Positions 39,001 through 52,040 of a stretch of DNA of 64,000 bases are shown one piece after another. The DNA is taken from contig OZ024741.1 of NCBI GenBank assembly GCA_964016885.1, forward strand, positions 250,790,001-250,854,000, read 5' to 3'. The DNA is from Eledone cirrhosa (lineage: Eukaryota). Each line of letters starts with the position of its first letter. Position 1 is the stretch's first letter. A program made the translations under genes and the position numbers. The notes beneath the pieces were generated by a model. The model saw only the letters and a program-made list of their open reading frames with translations. It searched no databases and had not been told where the DNA came from.

Positions 39001-42000
39001 TAATTTCCCGCCAGCCAAGGGAAGATAATTTTAAAAAAAATCAGGCGGAGATTGTAAAAAAATCAGGGGGAGATAATTTTTAAAAAAATCAGGAGATAAT
39101 TTGTAAAAAAAAATCAGGGGGAGATAATTTGTAAAAAAAATCAGGGGGAGATAATTTGTAAAAAAAAATCAGGGGGAGATAATTTGTAAAAAAATCAGGG
39201 GTAGATAATTTGTAAAAAAAAATCAGGGGGAGATAATTTGTAAAAAAAAATCAGGGGGAGATAATTTGTAAAAAAAATCAAGGGGAGATAATTTGCAGCC
39301 GTCCAAGGGGAGATAATTTCCAGCCGTCCAAAGAGAGATAATTTCTAGACGTCCAAGGGGAGATAATTTCCAGCCGTCCAAGGGGAGATAATTTCCAGCC
39401 GTCCAAGGGGAGATAATTTTTTAAAATATCAGGTGGAGATAATTTGTAAAAAAATCAGGGGGAGATAATTTGTAAAAACAAAATCAAGGGCAGATAATTT
39501 CCAGCCGTCCAAGGGGAGATAATTTCCCGCCAGCCAAGGGAAGATAATTTTTAAAAAAATCAGACGGATATAATTTGTAGAAAAATCAGGGGGAGATAAT
39601 TTCCAGCCGTCCAAGGGGAGATAATTTTCAGCCGTGCAAGGAGAGGTAATTTCTAGAGGTCCAAGGGGAGATAATTTCCAGCCTTGCAAGGGGAGATAAT
39701 TTCCAGCCGTCCAAAGAGAGATAATTTCTAGCCGTCCAAGGGGAGATAATTTCCAGCCGTGCATGGGGAGATAATTTCCAGCCGTCCAAGGAGAGGTAAT
39801 TTCTAGCCGTCCAAGGGGAGATAATTTCCAGCCCTCCAAGGGGAGATAAATTCCAGCCTCCAAGGGGAGATAATTTCCAGCCAGCCAAGGGGAGATAATT
39901 TGTAAAAAAATCAGGGGGAGATAATTTGTAAAAAAAAATCAGGGGGAGATAATTTGTAAAAAAAAATCAGGGGGAGATAATTTGTAAAAAAAAATCAGGG
40001 GGAGATAATTTGTAAAAAAAATCAAGGAGAGATAATTTTCAGCCGTCCAAGGGGAGATAATTTTCAGCCGTCCAAGGAGAGGTAATTTCTAGCCGTCCAA
40101 GGGGATATAATTTCCAGCCGTCCAATGGGAGATAATTTCCAGCCGTCCAAGGGGAGATAATTTTTAAAAAAAATCAGGCGGAGATAATTTGTAAAAAATA
40201 AATCAGGGGGAGATAATTTGTAAAAAAAAATCAGGGGGAGATAATTTGTAAAAAAGATCAGGGGGAGATAATTTGTAAAAAAAATCAAGGGTAGATAATT
40301 TCCAGCCGTCCAAAGAGAGATAATTTCTAGCCGTCCAAGGGGAGATAATTTCCAGCCAAGGGGAGATAATTTCCAGCCGTCCAAGGGGAGATAATTTCCA
40401 GCCGTGCAAGGGGAGATAATTTCCAGCCGTCCAAGGGGAGATTATTTCCCGCCAGCCAAGGGAAGATAATATTTAAAAAAATCAGGCGGAGATAATTTGT
40501 AAAATAAATCAGGGGGAGATAATTTGTAAAAAAATCAGGGGGAGATAATTTGTAAAAAAGATCAGGGGGAGATAATTTGTAAAAAAAAATCAGGGGTAGA
40601 TAATATGTAAAATAAAATCAGGGGGAGATAATTTGTAAAAAAAAAATCAGGTGGAGATAAATTGTAAAAAAAATCAAGGGGAGATAATTTTCAGCCGTCC
40701 AAGGAGGGCTAATTTCTAGCCGTCCAAGGGGAGATAATTTCCAGCCGTCCAAGGGGAGATAATTTCCAGCCGTCCAAGGGGAGATAATTTTTTTTTAAAA
40801 ATCAGGCGGAGATAATTTGTAAAAAAAAAATCAGGGGGAGATAATTTGTAAAAAAAAATCAGGGGGTGATAATTTGTAAAAAAATCAAGGGGAGATAATT
40901 TCAAGCCGTCCAAGGGAAGATAATTTCCAGCCTCCAAGGGGCTATAATTTCCAGAGTCCAAGGGGAGATAATTTCCAGCCAGCGAAGGGGAGATAATTTT
41001 TTTAAAAAAATCACTGGGAGATTTGTAAAAAAAATCAGGGGGAGATAATTTGTAAAAAGAATCAAGGGGAGATAATTTCCAACCGTCCAAAGAGAGATAA
41101 TTTCTAGCCGTCCAAGGGGAGATAATTTCCAGCCAAGGGGAGATAATTTCCAGCCGTCCAAGGGGAGATAATTTTTTAAAATATAGGTGGAGATAATTTG
41201 TAAAAAAATCAGGGGGAGATAATTTGTAAAAACAAAATCAAGGGCAGATAATTTCCAGCCGTCCAAGGGGAGATAATTTCCAGCCGTGCAAGGGGAGATA
41301 ATTTGTAAAAAAAATCAGGGGGAGATAATTTCCAGCCGTCCAAGGGGAGATAATTTTCAGCCGTCCAAGGAGAGGTAATTTCTAGCCGCCCAAGGGAAGA
41401 AGGGGCTATAATTTCTAGCGTCCAAGGGGAGATAATTTCCAGCCAGCGAAAGGGAGATAATTTTTTTTAAAAAATCACTGGGAGATTTGTAAAAAAAATC
41501 AGGGGGAGATAATTTGTAAAAAAATCAAGGGGAGATAATTTCCAGCCGTCCAAAGAGAGATAATTTCTAGCCGTCCAAGGGGAGATAATTTCCAGCCAAG
41601 GGGAGATAATTTCCAGCCGTCCAAGTGGAGATAATTTCCAGCCGTGCAAGGGGAGATAATTTCCAGCCGTCCAAGGGGAGATAATTTCCATCCTTCCAAG
41701 GGGAGATAATTTCCAGCCGTCCAAGGGGAGATTATTTCCCGCCAGCCAAGGGAAGATATTATTTAAAAAAATCAGGCGGAGATAATTTGTAAAATAAATT
41801 AGGGGGAGATAATTTGTAAAAAAATCAGGGGGAGATAATTTGTAAAAAAAATCAAGGGGAGATAATTTCCAGCCAGCGAAGGAGAGATAATTTTAAAAAA
41901 AAAATCACTGGGAGATTTGTAAAACAAATCAGGGGGAGATAATTTGTAAAAAAAATCAAGGGGAGATAATTTCCAGCCGTCCAAAGAGAGATAATTTCTA

Positions 42001-45000
42001 GCCGTCCAAGGGGAGATAATTTCCAGCCAAGGGGAGATAATTTCCAGCCGTCCAAGGGGAGATAATTTTTTAAAAAATCAGGTGGAGATAATTTGTAAAA
42101 GAAATCAGGGGAAGATAATTTGTAAAAACAAAATCAAGGGCAGATAATTTCCAGCCGTCCAAGGGGAGATAATTTCCAGCAGTGCAAGGGGAGATAATTT
42201 CTAGCCGTCCAAGGAGAGATAATTTCCATCCTTCCAAGGGAAGATAATTTCCAGCCGTCCAAGGGGAGATAATTTCCCGCCAGCCAAGGGAAGATAATAT
42301 TTAAAAAAATCAGGCGGAGATAATTTGTAAAAAAAATCAGGGGGAGATAATTTGTAAAAAAAAAATCAGTGGGAGATAATTTGTAAAAAAAATCAGGGGT
42401 AGATAATTTGTAAAAAAAAATCAGGGGGAGATAATTTGTAAAAAAAAATCAAGGGGAGATAATTTCCAGCCGTCCAAGGGGAGATAATTTTCAGCCGTCC
42501 AAGGAGAGGTAATTTCTAGCCGTCCAAGGGGAGATAATTTCCAGCCGTCCAAGGGGAGATAATTTCCAGCCAGCGAAGGGGAGATAATTTTTTTTTAAAA
42601 ATCACTGGGAGATAATTTTTAAAAAAAGTCAGGCGGAGATAATTTGTAAAAAAAAAATCAGTGGGAGATAATTTGTAAAAAAAAAATCGGGGGGACATAA
42701 TTTGTAAAAAAAATCAAGGGGAGATAATTTCTAGCCGTCCAAGGGAAGATAATTTCCAGCCCTCCAAGGGAAGATAACTTCCAGCCCTCCAAGGGGCTAT
42801 AATTTCCAGCGTCCAAGGGGAGATAATTTCCAGCCAGCGAAGGGGAGATAATTTTTTTTTAAAAATCACTGGGAGATTTGTAAAAAAAATCAGGGGGAGA
42901 TAATTTGTAAAAAAATCAAGGGGAGATAATTTCCAGCCGTACAAGGAGAGGTAATTTCTAGCCGTCCAAGGGGAGATAATTTCCAGCCGTCCAAGGGGAG
43001 ATAATTTCCAGCCGTCCAAGGGGAGATAATTTAAAAAAAAAATCAGGCGGAGATAATTTGTAAAAAAAAAATCAGGGGGAGATAATTTGTAAAAAAAAAT
43101 CAGGGGGAGATAATTTGTAAAAAAAATCAAGGGGAGATAATTTCCAGCCGTCCAAGGGAAGATAATTTCCAGCCCTCCAAGGAAAGATAACTTCCAGCCC
43201 TCCAAGGGGCTATAATTTCCAGCGTCCAAGGGGAGATAATTTCCAGCCAGCGAAGGGGAGATTTTTTTAAAAAAATCACTGGGAGATTTTTTAAAAAAAT
43301 CAGGGGTAAATAATTTGTAAAAAAAAATCAGGGGGAGATAATTTGTAAAAAAAATCAGGGGGAGATAATTTGTAAAAAATCAAGGGGAGATAATTTCCAG
43401 CCGTCCAAGGGGAGATAATTTTCAGCCATCCAAGGAGAGGTAATTTCTAGCCGTTCAAGGGGAGATAATTTCCAGCCGTCCAAGGGGAGATAATTTCCAG
43501 CCGTCCAAGGGGAGATAATTTTTTAAAAAAATCAGGCGGAGCTAATTTGTAAAAAAATAATCAGGGGCAGATAATTTGTAAAAAAATATCAGGGGGAGAT
43601 AATTTGTATACAAAATCAAGGGGAGATAATTTCCAGCCGTCCAAGGCGAGATAATTTCCAGCCGTCCAAGGGGAGATAATTTACAGCTGTCCAAGTAGAG
43701 GTAATTTCTAGGCGTCCAAGGGGAGATAATTTCCAGCCGTCCAAGAGGAGATAATTTCCAGCCAGCCAAGGGGAGATAATTTCCAGCCAGCCAAGGGGAG
43801 ATATTTGTAAAAAAAATCAGGTGGAGATAATTTGTAAAAAAAAAATCAGGGGTAGATAATTTGTAGAAGACATAAAGGGGAGATAATTTCCAGCCGTCCA
43901 AGGAGAGGTAATTTCTAGCCGTCCAAGGGGAGATAAATTCCAGCCTCCAAGGGGAGATAATTTCCAGGCAGCCAAGGGTATATAATTTGTAAAAAAAATC
44001 AGGTGGAGATAATTTGTAAAAAAAAATCAGGGGGAGATAATTTGTAAAAAAAATCAGGGGGAGATAATTTGTATAAAAAAAACAAGGGGAGATAATTTCC
44101 AGCCGTCCAAGGGGAGATAATTTTCAGCCGTCCAAGGAGAGGTAATTTCTAGCCGTCCAAGGAGAGATAATTTCCAGCCGTCCAAGGGGAGATAATTTCC
44201 AGCCGTCCAAGGGGAGATAATTTTTTTAAAAAAATCAGGCGGAGATAAGTTGTAAAAAAAATCAGGGGGAGATAATTTGTAAAAAAAAATCAGGGGGAGA
44301 TAATTTGTAAAAAAAATCAAGGGGAGATAATTTCCAGCCGTCCAAAGAGAGATAATTTCTAGCCGTCCAAGGGGAGATAATTTCCAGCCAAGGGGAGATA
44401 ATTTCCAGCCGTACAAGGGGAGATAATTTTTAAAAAATCAGGTGGAGATAATTTGTAAAAACAAAATCAAGGGCAGATAATTTCCAGCCGTCCAAGGGGA
44501 GATAATTTCCAGCAGTGCAAGGGGAGATAATTTCCAGCCGTCCAAGGGGAGATAATTTCCCGCCAGCCAAGGGAAGATAATATTTAAAAAAATCAGGCGG
44601 AGATAATTTGAAAAAAAAATCAGGGGGAGATAATTTGTAAAAAAATCAGGGGGAGATAATTTGTAAAAAAAAAATCAGGGGGAGATAATTTTTTTAAAAA
44701 ATCAGGGGGAGATAATTTGTAAAAAAAATCAAGGGGAGATAATTTCCAGCCGTCCAAGGAGAGATAATTTAAAAAAAAATTCAGGCGGAGATAATTTGTA
44801 AAAAAAAATCGGGCAGATAATTTGTAAAAAAAATCAGGAGGAGATAATTTGTAAAAAAAATCAAGGGGAGATAATTTCCAGCCGTCCAAGGGAAGATAAT
44901 TTCCGGCCAAGGGGAGATAATTTCCAGCCGTCCAAGGGGAGATAATTTTTTAAAAAATCAGGTGGAGATAATTTGTAAAAAACATCAGGGGGAGATAATT

Positions 45001-47498
45001 TGTAAAAACAAAATCAAGGGCAGATAATTTCCAGCTGTCCAAGGGGAGATAATTTCCAGCCGTGCAAGGGAAGATAATTTCCAGCCGTCCAAGGGGAGAT
45101 AATTTCCCGCCAGCCAAGGGAAGATAATTTTAAAAAAAATCAGGCGGAGATTGTAAAAAAATCAGGGGGAGATAATTTTTAAAAAAATCAGGAGATAATT
45201 TGTAAAAAAAAATCAGGGGGAGATAATTTGTAAAAAAAATCAGGGGGAGATAATTTGTAAAAAAAAATCAGGGGGAGATAATTTGTAAAAAAATCAGGGG
45301 TAGATAATTTGTAAAAAAAAATCAGGGGGAGATAATTTGTAAAAAAAAATCAGGGGGAGATAATTTGTAAAAAAAATCAAGGGGAGATAATTTGCAGCCG
45401 TCCAAGGGGAGATAATTTCCAGCCGTCCAAAGAGAGATAATTTCTAGACGTCCAAGGGGAGATAATTTCCAGCCGTCCAAGGGGAGATAATTTCCAGCCG
45501 TCCAAGGGGAGATAATTTTTTAAAATATCAGGTGGAGATAATTTGTAAAAAAATCAGGGGGAGATAATTTGTAAAAACAAAATCAAGGGCAGATAATTTC
45601 CAGCCGTCCAAGGGGAGATAATTTCCCGCCAGCCAAGGGAAGATAATTTTTAAAAAAATCAGACGGATATAATTTGTAGAAAAATCAGGGGGAGATAATT
45701 TCCAGCCGTCCAAGGGGAGATAATTTTCAGCCGTGCAAGGAGAGGTAATTTCTAGAGGTCCAAGGGGAGATAATTTCCAGCCGTGCAAGGGGAGATAATT
45801 TCCAGCCGTCCAAAGAGAGATAATTTCTAGCCGTCCAAGGGGAGATAATTTCCAGCCGTGCATGGGGAGATAATTTCCAGCCGTCCAAGGAGAGGTAATT
45901 TCTAGCCGTCCAAGGGGAGATAATTTCCAGCCCTCCAAGGGGAGATAAATTCCAGCCTCCAAGGGGAGATAATTTCCAGCCAGCCAAGGGGAGATAATTT
46001 GTAAAAAAATCAGGGGGAGATAATTTGTAAAAAAAAATCAGGGGGAGATAATTTGTAAAAAAAAATCAGGGGGAGATAATTTGTAAAAAAAAATCAGGGG
46101 GAGATAATTTGTAAAAAAAATCAAGGAGAGATAATTTTCAGCCGTCCAAGGGGAGATAATTTTCAGCCGTCCAAGGAGAGGTAATTTCTAGCCGTCCAAG
46201 GGGATATAATTTCCAGCCGTCCAATGGGAGATAATTTCCAGCCGTCCAAGGGGAGATAATTTTAAAAAAAAATCAGGCGGAGATAATTTGTAAAAAATAA
46301 ATCAGGGGGAGATAATTTGTAAAAAAAAATCAGGGGGAGATAATTTGTAAAAAAGATCAGGGGGAGATAATTTGTAAAAAAAATCAAGGGTAGATAATTT
46401 CCAGCCGTCCAAAGAGAGATAATTTCTAGCCGTCCAAGGGGAGATAATTTCCAGCCAAGGGGAGATAATTTCCAGCCGTCCAAGGGGAGATAATTTCCAG
46501 CCGTGCAAGGGGAGATAATTTCCAGCCGTCCAAGGGGAGATTATTTCCCGCCAGCCAAGGGAAGATAATATTTAAAAAAATCAGGCGGAGATAATTTGTA
46601 AAATAAATCAGGGGGAGATAATTTGTAAAAAAATCAGGGGGAGATAATTTGTAAAAAAGATCAGGGGGAGATAATTTGTAAAAAAAAATCAGGGGTAGAT
46701 AATATGTAAAATAAAATCAGGGGGAGATAATTTGTAAAAAAAAAATCAGGTGGAGATAAATTGTAAAAAAAATCAAGGGGAGATAATTTTCAGCCGTCCA
46801 AGGAGGGCTAATTTCTAGCCGTCCAAGGGGAGATAATTTCCAGCCGTCCAAGGGGAGATAATTTCCAGCCGTCCAAGGGGAGATAATTTTTTTTAAAAAA
46901 TCAGGCGGAGATAATTTGTAAAAAAAAAATCAGGGGGAGATAATTTGTAAAAAAAAATCAGGGGGTGATAATTTGTAAAAAAATCAAGGGGAGATAATTT
47001 CAAGCCGTCCAAGGGAAGATAATTTCCAGCCTCCAAGGGGCTATAATTTCCAGAGTCCAAGGGGAGATAATTTCCAGCCAGCGAAGGGGAGATAATTTTT
47101 TTAAAAAAATCACTGGGAGATTTGTAAAAAAAATCAGGGGGAGATAATTTGTAAAAAGAATCAAGGGGAGATAATTTCCAACCGTCCAAAGAGAGATAAT
47201 TTCTAGCCGTCCAAGGGGAGATAATTTCCAGCCAAGGGGAGATAATTTCCAGCCGTCCAAGGGGAGATAATTTTTTAAAATATAGGTGGAGATAATTTGT
47301 AAAAAAATCAGGGGGAGATAATTTGTAAAAACAAAATCAAGGGCAGATAATTTCCAGCCGTCCAAGGGGAGATAATTTCCAGCCGTGCAAGGGGAGATAA
47401 TTTGTAAAAAAAATCAGGGGGAGATAATTTCCAGCCGTCCAAGGGGAGATAATTTTCAGCCGTCCAAGGAGAGGTAATTTCTAGCCGCCCAAGGGAAG
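29199..47498 (+). repeat. Three near-identical tandem copies of a ~6.1-kb higher-order repeat (29199-35300, 35301-41399, 41400-47498)
   Basis: Matching ORF-track entries recur at offsets 6102 and 6099 (29266/35368/41467; 30513/36615/42714; 32419/38521/44620). The junction GCCGCCCAAGGGAAG|AAGGGGCTATAATTTCTAG is seen at 35301 and 41400. Confidence 0.96.
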
Positions 47499-50400
47499 AT
47501 AATTTCCAGCCGTCCAAGGAGAGGTAATTTCTAGCCGTCCAAGGGGAGATAATGTCCAGCCGTCCTAGGGGAGATAATTTCCAGCCGTCCAAGGGGAGAT
47601 AATTTTTAAAAAAATCAGGCGGAGATAATTTGTAAAAAAAAAATCAGGGGGAGATAATTTGTAAAAAAAAATCAGGGGGAGATAATTTGTAAAAAAAATC
47701 AAGGGGAGATAATTTCCCGCCAGCGAAGGGGAGATAATTTTTTTAAAAAAATCACTGGGAGATTTGTAAAAAAAATCAGGGGGAGATAATTTGTAAAAAA
47801 AATCAAGGGGAGATAATTTCCAGCCGTCCAAAGAGAGATAATTTCTAGCCGTCCAAGGGGAGATAATTTCCAGCCAAGGGGAGATAATTTCCAGCCGTCC
47901 AAGGGGAGATAATTTTTTAAAAAATTAGGTGGAGATAATTTGTAAAAAAAATCAGGGGATGATAATTTGTAAAAACAAAATCAAGGGCAGATAATTTCCA
48001 GCCGTCCAAGGGGAGATAATTTCCAGCAGTGCAAGGGGAGATAATTTCCAGCCGTCCAAGGGGAGATAATTTCCATCCTTCCAAGGGAAGATAATTTCCA
48101 GCCGTCCAAGGGGAGATAATATTTAAAAAAATCAGGCGGAGATAATTTGTAAAAAAAATCAGAGGGAGATAATTTGTAAAAAAATCAGGGGGAGATAATT
48201 TGTAAAAAAAAAAATCAGGTGGAGATAATTTGTAAAAAAAATCAGGGGGAGATAATTTGTAAAAAAAAATCAGGGTGAGATAATTTGTAAAAAAATCAGG
48301 GGTAGATAATTTGTAAAAAAAATCAAGGGGAGATAATTTCCAGCCGTCCAAGGGTAGATAATTTCCAGCCAGCGAATGGGAGATAATTTTTTTTTTTAAA
48401 TCAGGGGTAGATTGGTAAAAAAAAATCAGGGGGAGATAATTTGTAAAAAAATCAAGGGGAGATAATTTCCAGCCGTCGAAGGAGAGATAATTTATAGCCG
48501 TCCAAGGGGAGATAATTTCCAGCAAGCCAAGGGAGATAATATTTTAAAAAAATCAGGGGGAGATAATTTGTAAAAAAAAATCAGGGGTAGATAATTTGTA
48601 AAAAAAAATCAGGGGTAGATAATTTGTAAAAAAAAATCAAGGGGAGATAATTTCCAGCCGTCCAAAGAGAGATAATTTAAAAAAAAAATCAGGCGGAGAT
48701 AATTTGTAAAAAAAAATCAGGGGTAGATAATTTGTAAAAAAAATCAGGGGGAGATAATTTGTAAAAAAAATCAAGGGGAGATAATTTCCAGCCGTCCAAG
48801 GGAAGATAATTTCCAGCCAAGGGGAGATAATTTCCAGCCGTCCAAGGGGAGATAATTTTTTAAAAAATCAGGTGGCGATAATTTGTAAAAAAAATCAAGG
48901 GGAGATAATTTGTAAAAACAAAATCAAGGGCCGATAATTTCCAGCTGTCCAAGGGGAGATAATTTCCAGCCGTGCAAGGGAAGATAACTTCCAGCCGTCC
49001 AAGGGGAGATAATTTCCCGCCAGCCAAGGGAAGATAATTTTTAAAAAAATCAGGCGTAGATTGTAAAAAAATCAGGGGGAGATAATTTGTAAAAAAATCA
49101 GGGGGAGATAATTTGTAAAAAAAAATCAGGGGGAGATAATTTGTAAAAGAAATCAGGGGGAGATAATTTGTAAAAAAAAATCAGGGGGAGATAATTTGTA
49201 AAAAAATCAGGGGTAGATAATTTGTAAAAAAAATCAGGGGGAGATAATTTGTAAAAAAAAAATCAGGGGGAGATAATTTGTAAAAAAAATCAAGGGGAGA
49301 TAATTTGCAGCCGTCCAAGGGGAGATAATTTCCAGCCGTCCAAAGAGAGATAATTTCTAGCCGTCCAAGGGGAGATAATTTCCAGCCGTCCAAGGGGAGA
49401 TAATTTCCAGCCGTCCAAGGGGAGATAATTTTTAAAAATATCAGGTGGAGATAATTTGTAAAAAAATCAGGGGGAGATAATTTGTAAAAACAAAATCAAG
49501 GGCAGATAATTTCCAGCCGTCCAAGGGGAGATAATTTCCCGCCAGCCAAGGGAAGATAATTTTTAAAAAAATCAGGCGGAGATAATTTGAAAAAAAAATC
49601 AGGGGGAGATAATTTGTAAAAAAATCAGGGGGAGATAATTTGTAAAAAAAAAATCAGGGGGAGATAATTTTTTAAAAAAATCAGGGGGAGATAATTTGTA
49701 AAAAAAAATCAAGGGGAGATAATTTCCAGCCGTCCAAGGAGAGATAATTTAAAAAAAAATTCAGGCGGAGATAATTTGTAAAAAAAAATCGGGCAGATAA
49801 TTTGTAAAAAAAATCAGGAGGAGATAATTTGTAAAAAAAATCAAGGGGAGATAATTTCCAGCCGTCCAAGGGAAGATAATTTCCGGCCAAGGGGAGATAA
49901 TTTCCAGCCGTCCAAGGGGAGATAATTTTTTAAAAAATCAGGTGGAGATAATTTGTAAAAAACATCAGGGGGAGATAATTTGTAAAAACAAAATCAAGGG
50001 CAGATAATTTCCAGCTGTCCAAGGGGAGATAATTTCCAGCCGTGCAAGGGAAGATAATTTCCAGCCGTCCAAGGGGAGATAATTTCTCGCCAGCCAAGGG
50101 AAGATAATTTTTAAAAAAATCAGGCGGAGATTGTAAAAAAATCAGGGGGAGATAATTTGTAAAAAAATCAGGAGGAGATAATTTGTAAAAAAAAATCAGG
50201 GGGAGATAATTTGTAAAAAAAATCAGGGGGAGATAATTTGTAAAAAAATATCAGGGGGAGATAATTTGTAAAAAAATCAGGGGTAGATAATTTGTAAAAA
50301 AAAATCAGGGGGAGATAATTTGTAAAAAAAAATCAGGGGGAGATAATTTGTAAAAAAAATCAAGGGGAGATAATTTGCAGCCGTCGAAGGGGAGATAATT

Positions 50401-50840
50401 TCCAGCCGTCCAAAGAGAGATAATTTCTAGACGTCCAAGGGGAGATAATTTCCAGCCGTCCAAGGGGAGATAATTTCCAGCCGTCCAAGGGGAGATAATT
50501 TTTTAAAATATCAGGTGGAGATAATTTGTAAAAAAATCAGGGGGAGATAATTTGTAAAAACAAAATCAAGGGCAGATAATTTCCAGCCGTCCAAGGGGAG
50601 ATAATTTCCCGCCAGCCAAGGGAAGATAATTTTTAAAAAAATCAGACGGAGATAATTTGTAGAAAAATCAGGGGGAGATAATTTCCAGCCGTCCAAGGGG
50701 AGATAATTTTCAGCCGTGCAAGGAGAGGTAATTTCTAGAGGTCCAAGGGGAGATAATTTCCAGCCGTGCAAGGGGAGATAATTTCCAGCCGTCCAAAGAG
50801 AGATAATTTCTAGCCGTCCAAGGGGAGATAATTTCCAGCC
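44250..50840 (+). repeat. Long-range copy of window positions 1-~6277
   Basis: Offsets are 44249 (371/44620, 1279/45528, 3450/47699) and then 44563 after a 314-bp indel (4618/49181, 5948/50511). Similarity ends where 6281ff has CCCTACAAGC and 50841 has GTGCATGGGG. Confidence 0.9.
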
Positions 50841-52040
50841 GTGCATGGGGAGATAATTTCCAGCCGTCCAAGGAGAGGTAATTTCTAGCCGTCCAAGGGG
50901 AGATAATTTCCAGCCCTCCAAGGGGAGATAAATTCCAGCCTCCAAGGGGAGATAATTTCCAGCCAGCCAAGGGGAGATAATTTGTAAAAAAATCAGGGGG
51001 AGATAATTTGTAAAAAAAAATCAGGGGGAGATAATTTGTAAAAAAAAATCAGGGGGAGATAATTTGTAAAAAAAAATCAGGGGGAGATAATTTGTAAAAA
51101 AAATCAAGGAGAGATAATTTTCAGCCGTCCAAGGGGAGATAATTTTCAGCCGTCCAAGGAGAGGTAATTTCTAGCCGTCCAAGGGGATATAATTTCCAGC
51201 CGTCCAATGGGAGATAATTTCCAGCCGTCCAAGGGGAGATAATTTTTAAAAAAAATCAGGCGGAGATAATTTGTAAAAAATAAATCAGGGGGAGATAATT
51301 TGTAAAAAAAAATCAGGGGGAAATAATTTGTAAAAAAGATCAGGGGGAGATAATTTGTAAAAAAAAATCAAGGGTAGATAATTTCCAGCCGTCCAAAGAG
51401 AGATAATTTCTAGCCGTCCAAGGGGAGATAATTTCCAGCCAAGGGGAGATAATTTCCAGCCGTCCAAGGGGAGATAATTTCCAGCCGTGCAAGGGGAGAT
51501 AATTTCCACCGTCCAAGGGGAGATTATTTCCCGCCAGCCAAGGGAAGATAATATTTAAAAAAATCAGGCGGAGATAATTTGTAAAATAAATCAGGGGGAG
51601 ATAATTTGTAAAAAAATCAGGGGGAGATAATTTGTAAAAAAGATCAGGGGGAGATAATTTGTAAAAAAAAATCAGGGGTAGATAATATGTAAAATAAAAT
51701 CAGTGGGAGATAATTTGTAAAAAAAAAATCAGGGGGAGATAATTTGTAAAAAAAATCAAGGGGAGATAATTTTCAGCCGTCCAAGGGGAGATAATTTCCA
51801 GCCGTCCAAGGGGAGATAATTTCCAGCCGTCCAAGGGGAGATAATTTTTTTTAAAAAATCAGGCGGAGATAATTTGTAAAAAAAAAATCAGGGGGAGATA
51901 ATTTGTAAAAAAAAATCAGGGGGAGATAATTTGTAAAAAAATCAAGGGGAGATAATTTCAAGCCGTCCAAGGGAAGATAATTTCCAGCCTCCAAGGGGCT
52001 ATAATTTCCAGAGTCCAAGGGGAGATAATTTCCAGCCAAG
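49530..52040 (+). repeat. Partial repeat of ~44550-47060 (period ~4983 bp); the equivalent period at the window start is 4669 bp
   Basis: Offsets are 4983 (45528/50511, 45727/50710) and 4669 (1279/5948). The difference equals the 314-bp indel. Confidence 0.82.

Noticed and set aside
29199-47498. Pure sequencing or assembly artefact
   Set aside because: Copies carry consistent shared and private variants, and homopolymer lengths are largely reproduced between copies, implying accurate sequence. Exact copy number still needs read support.
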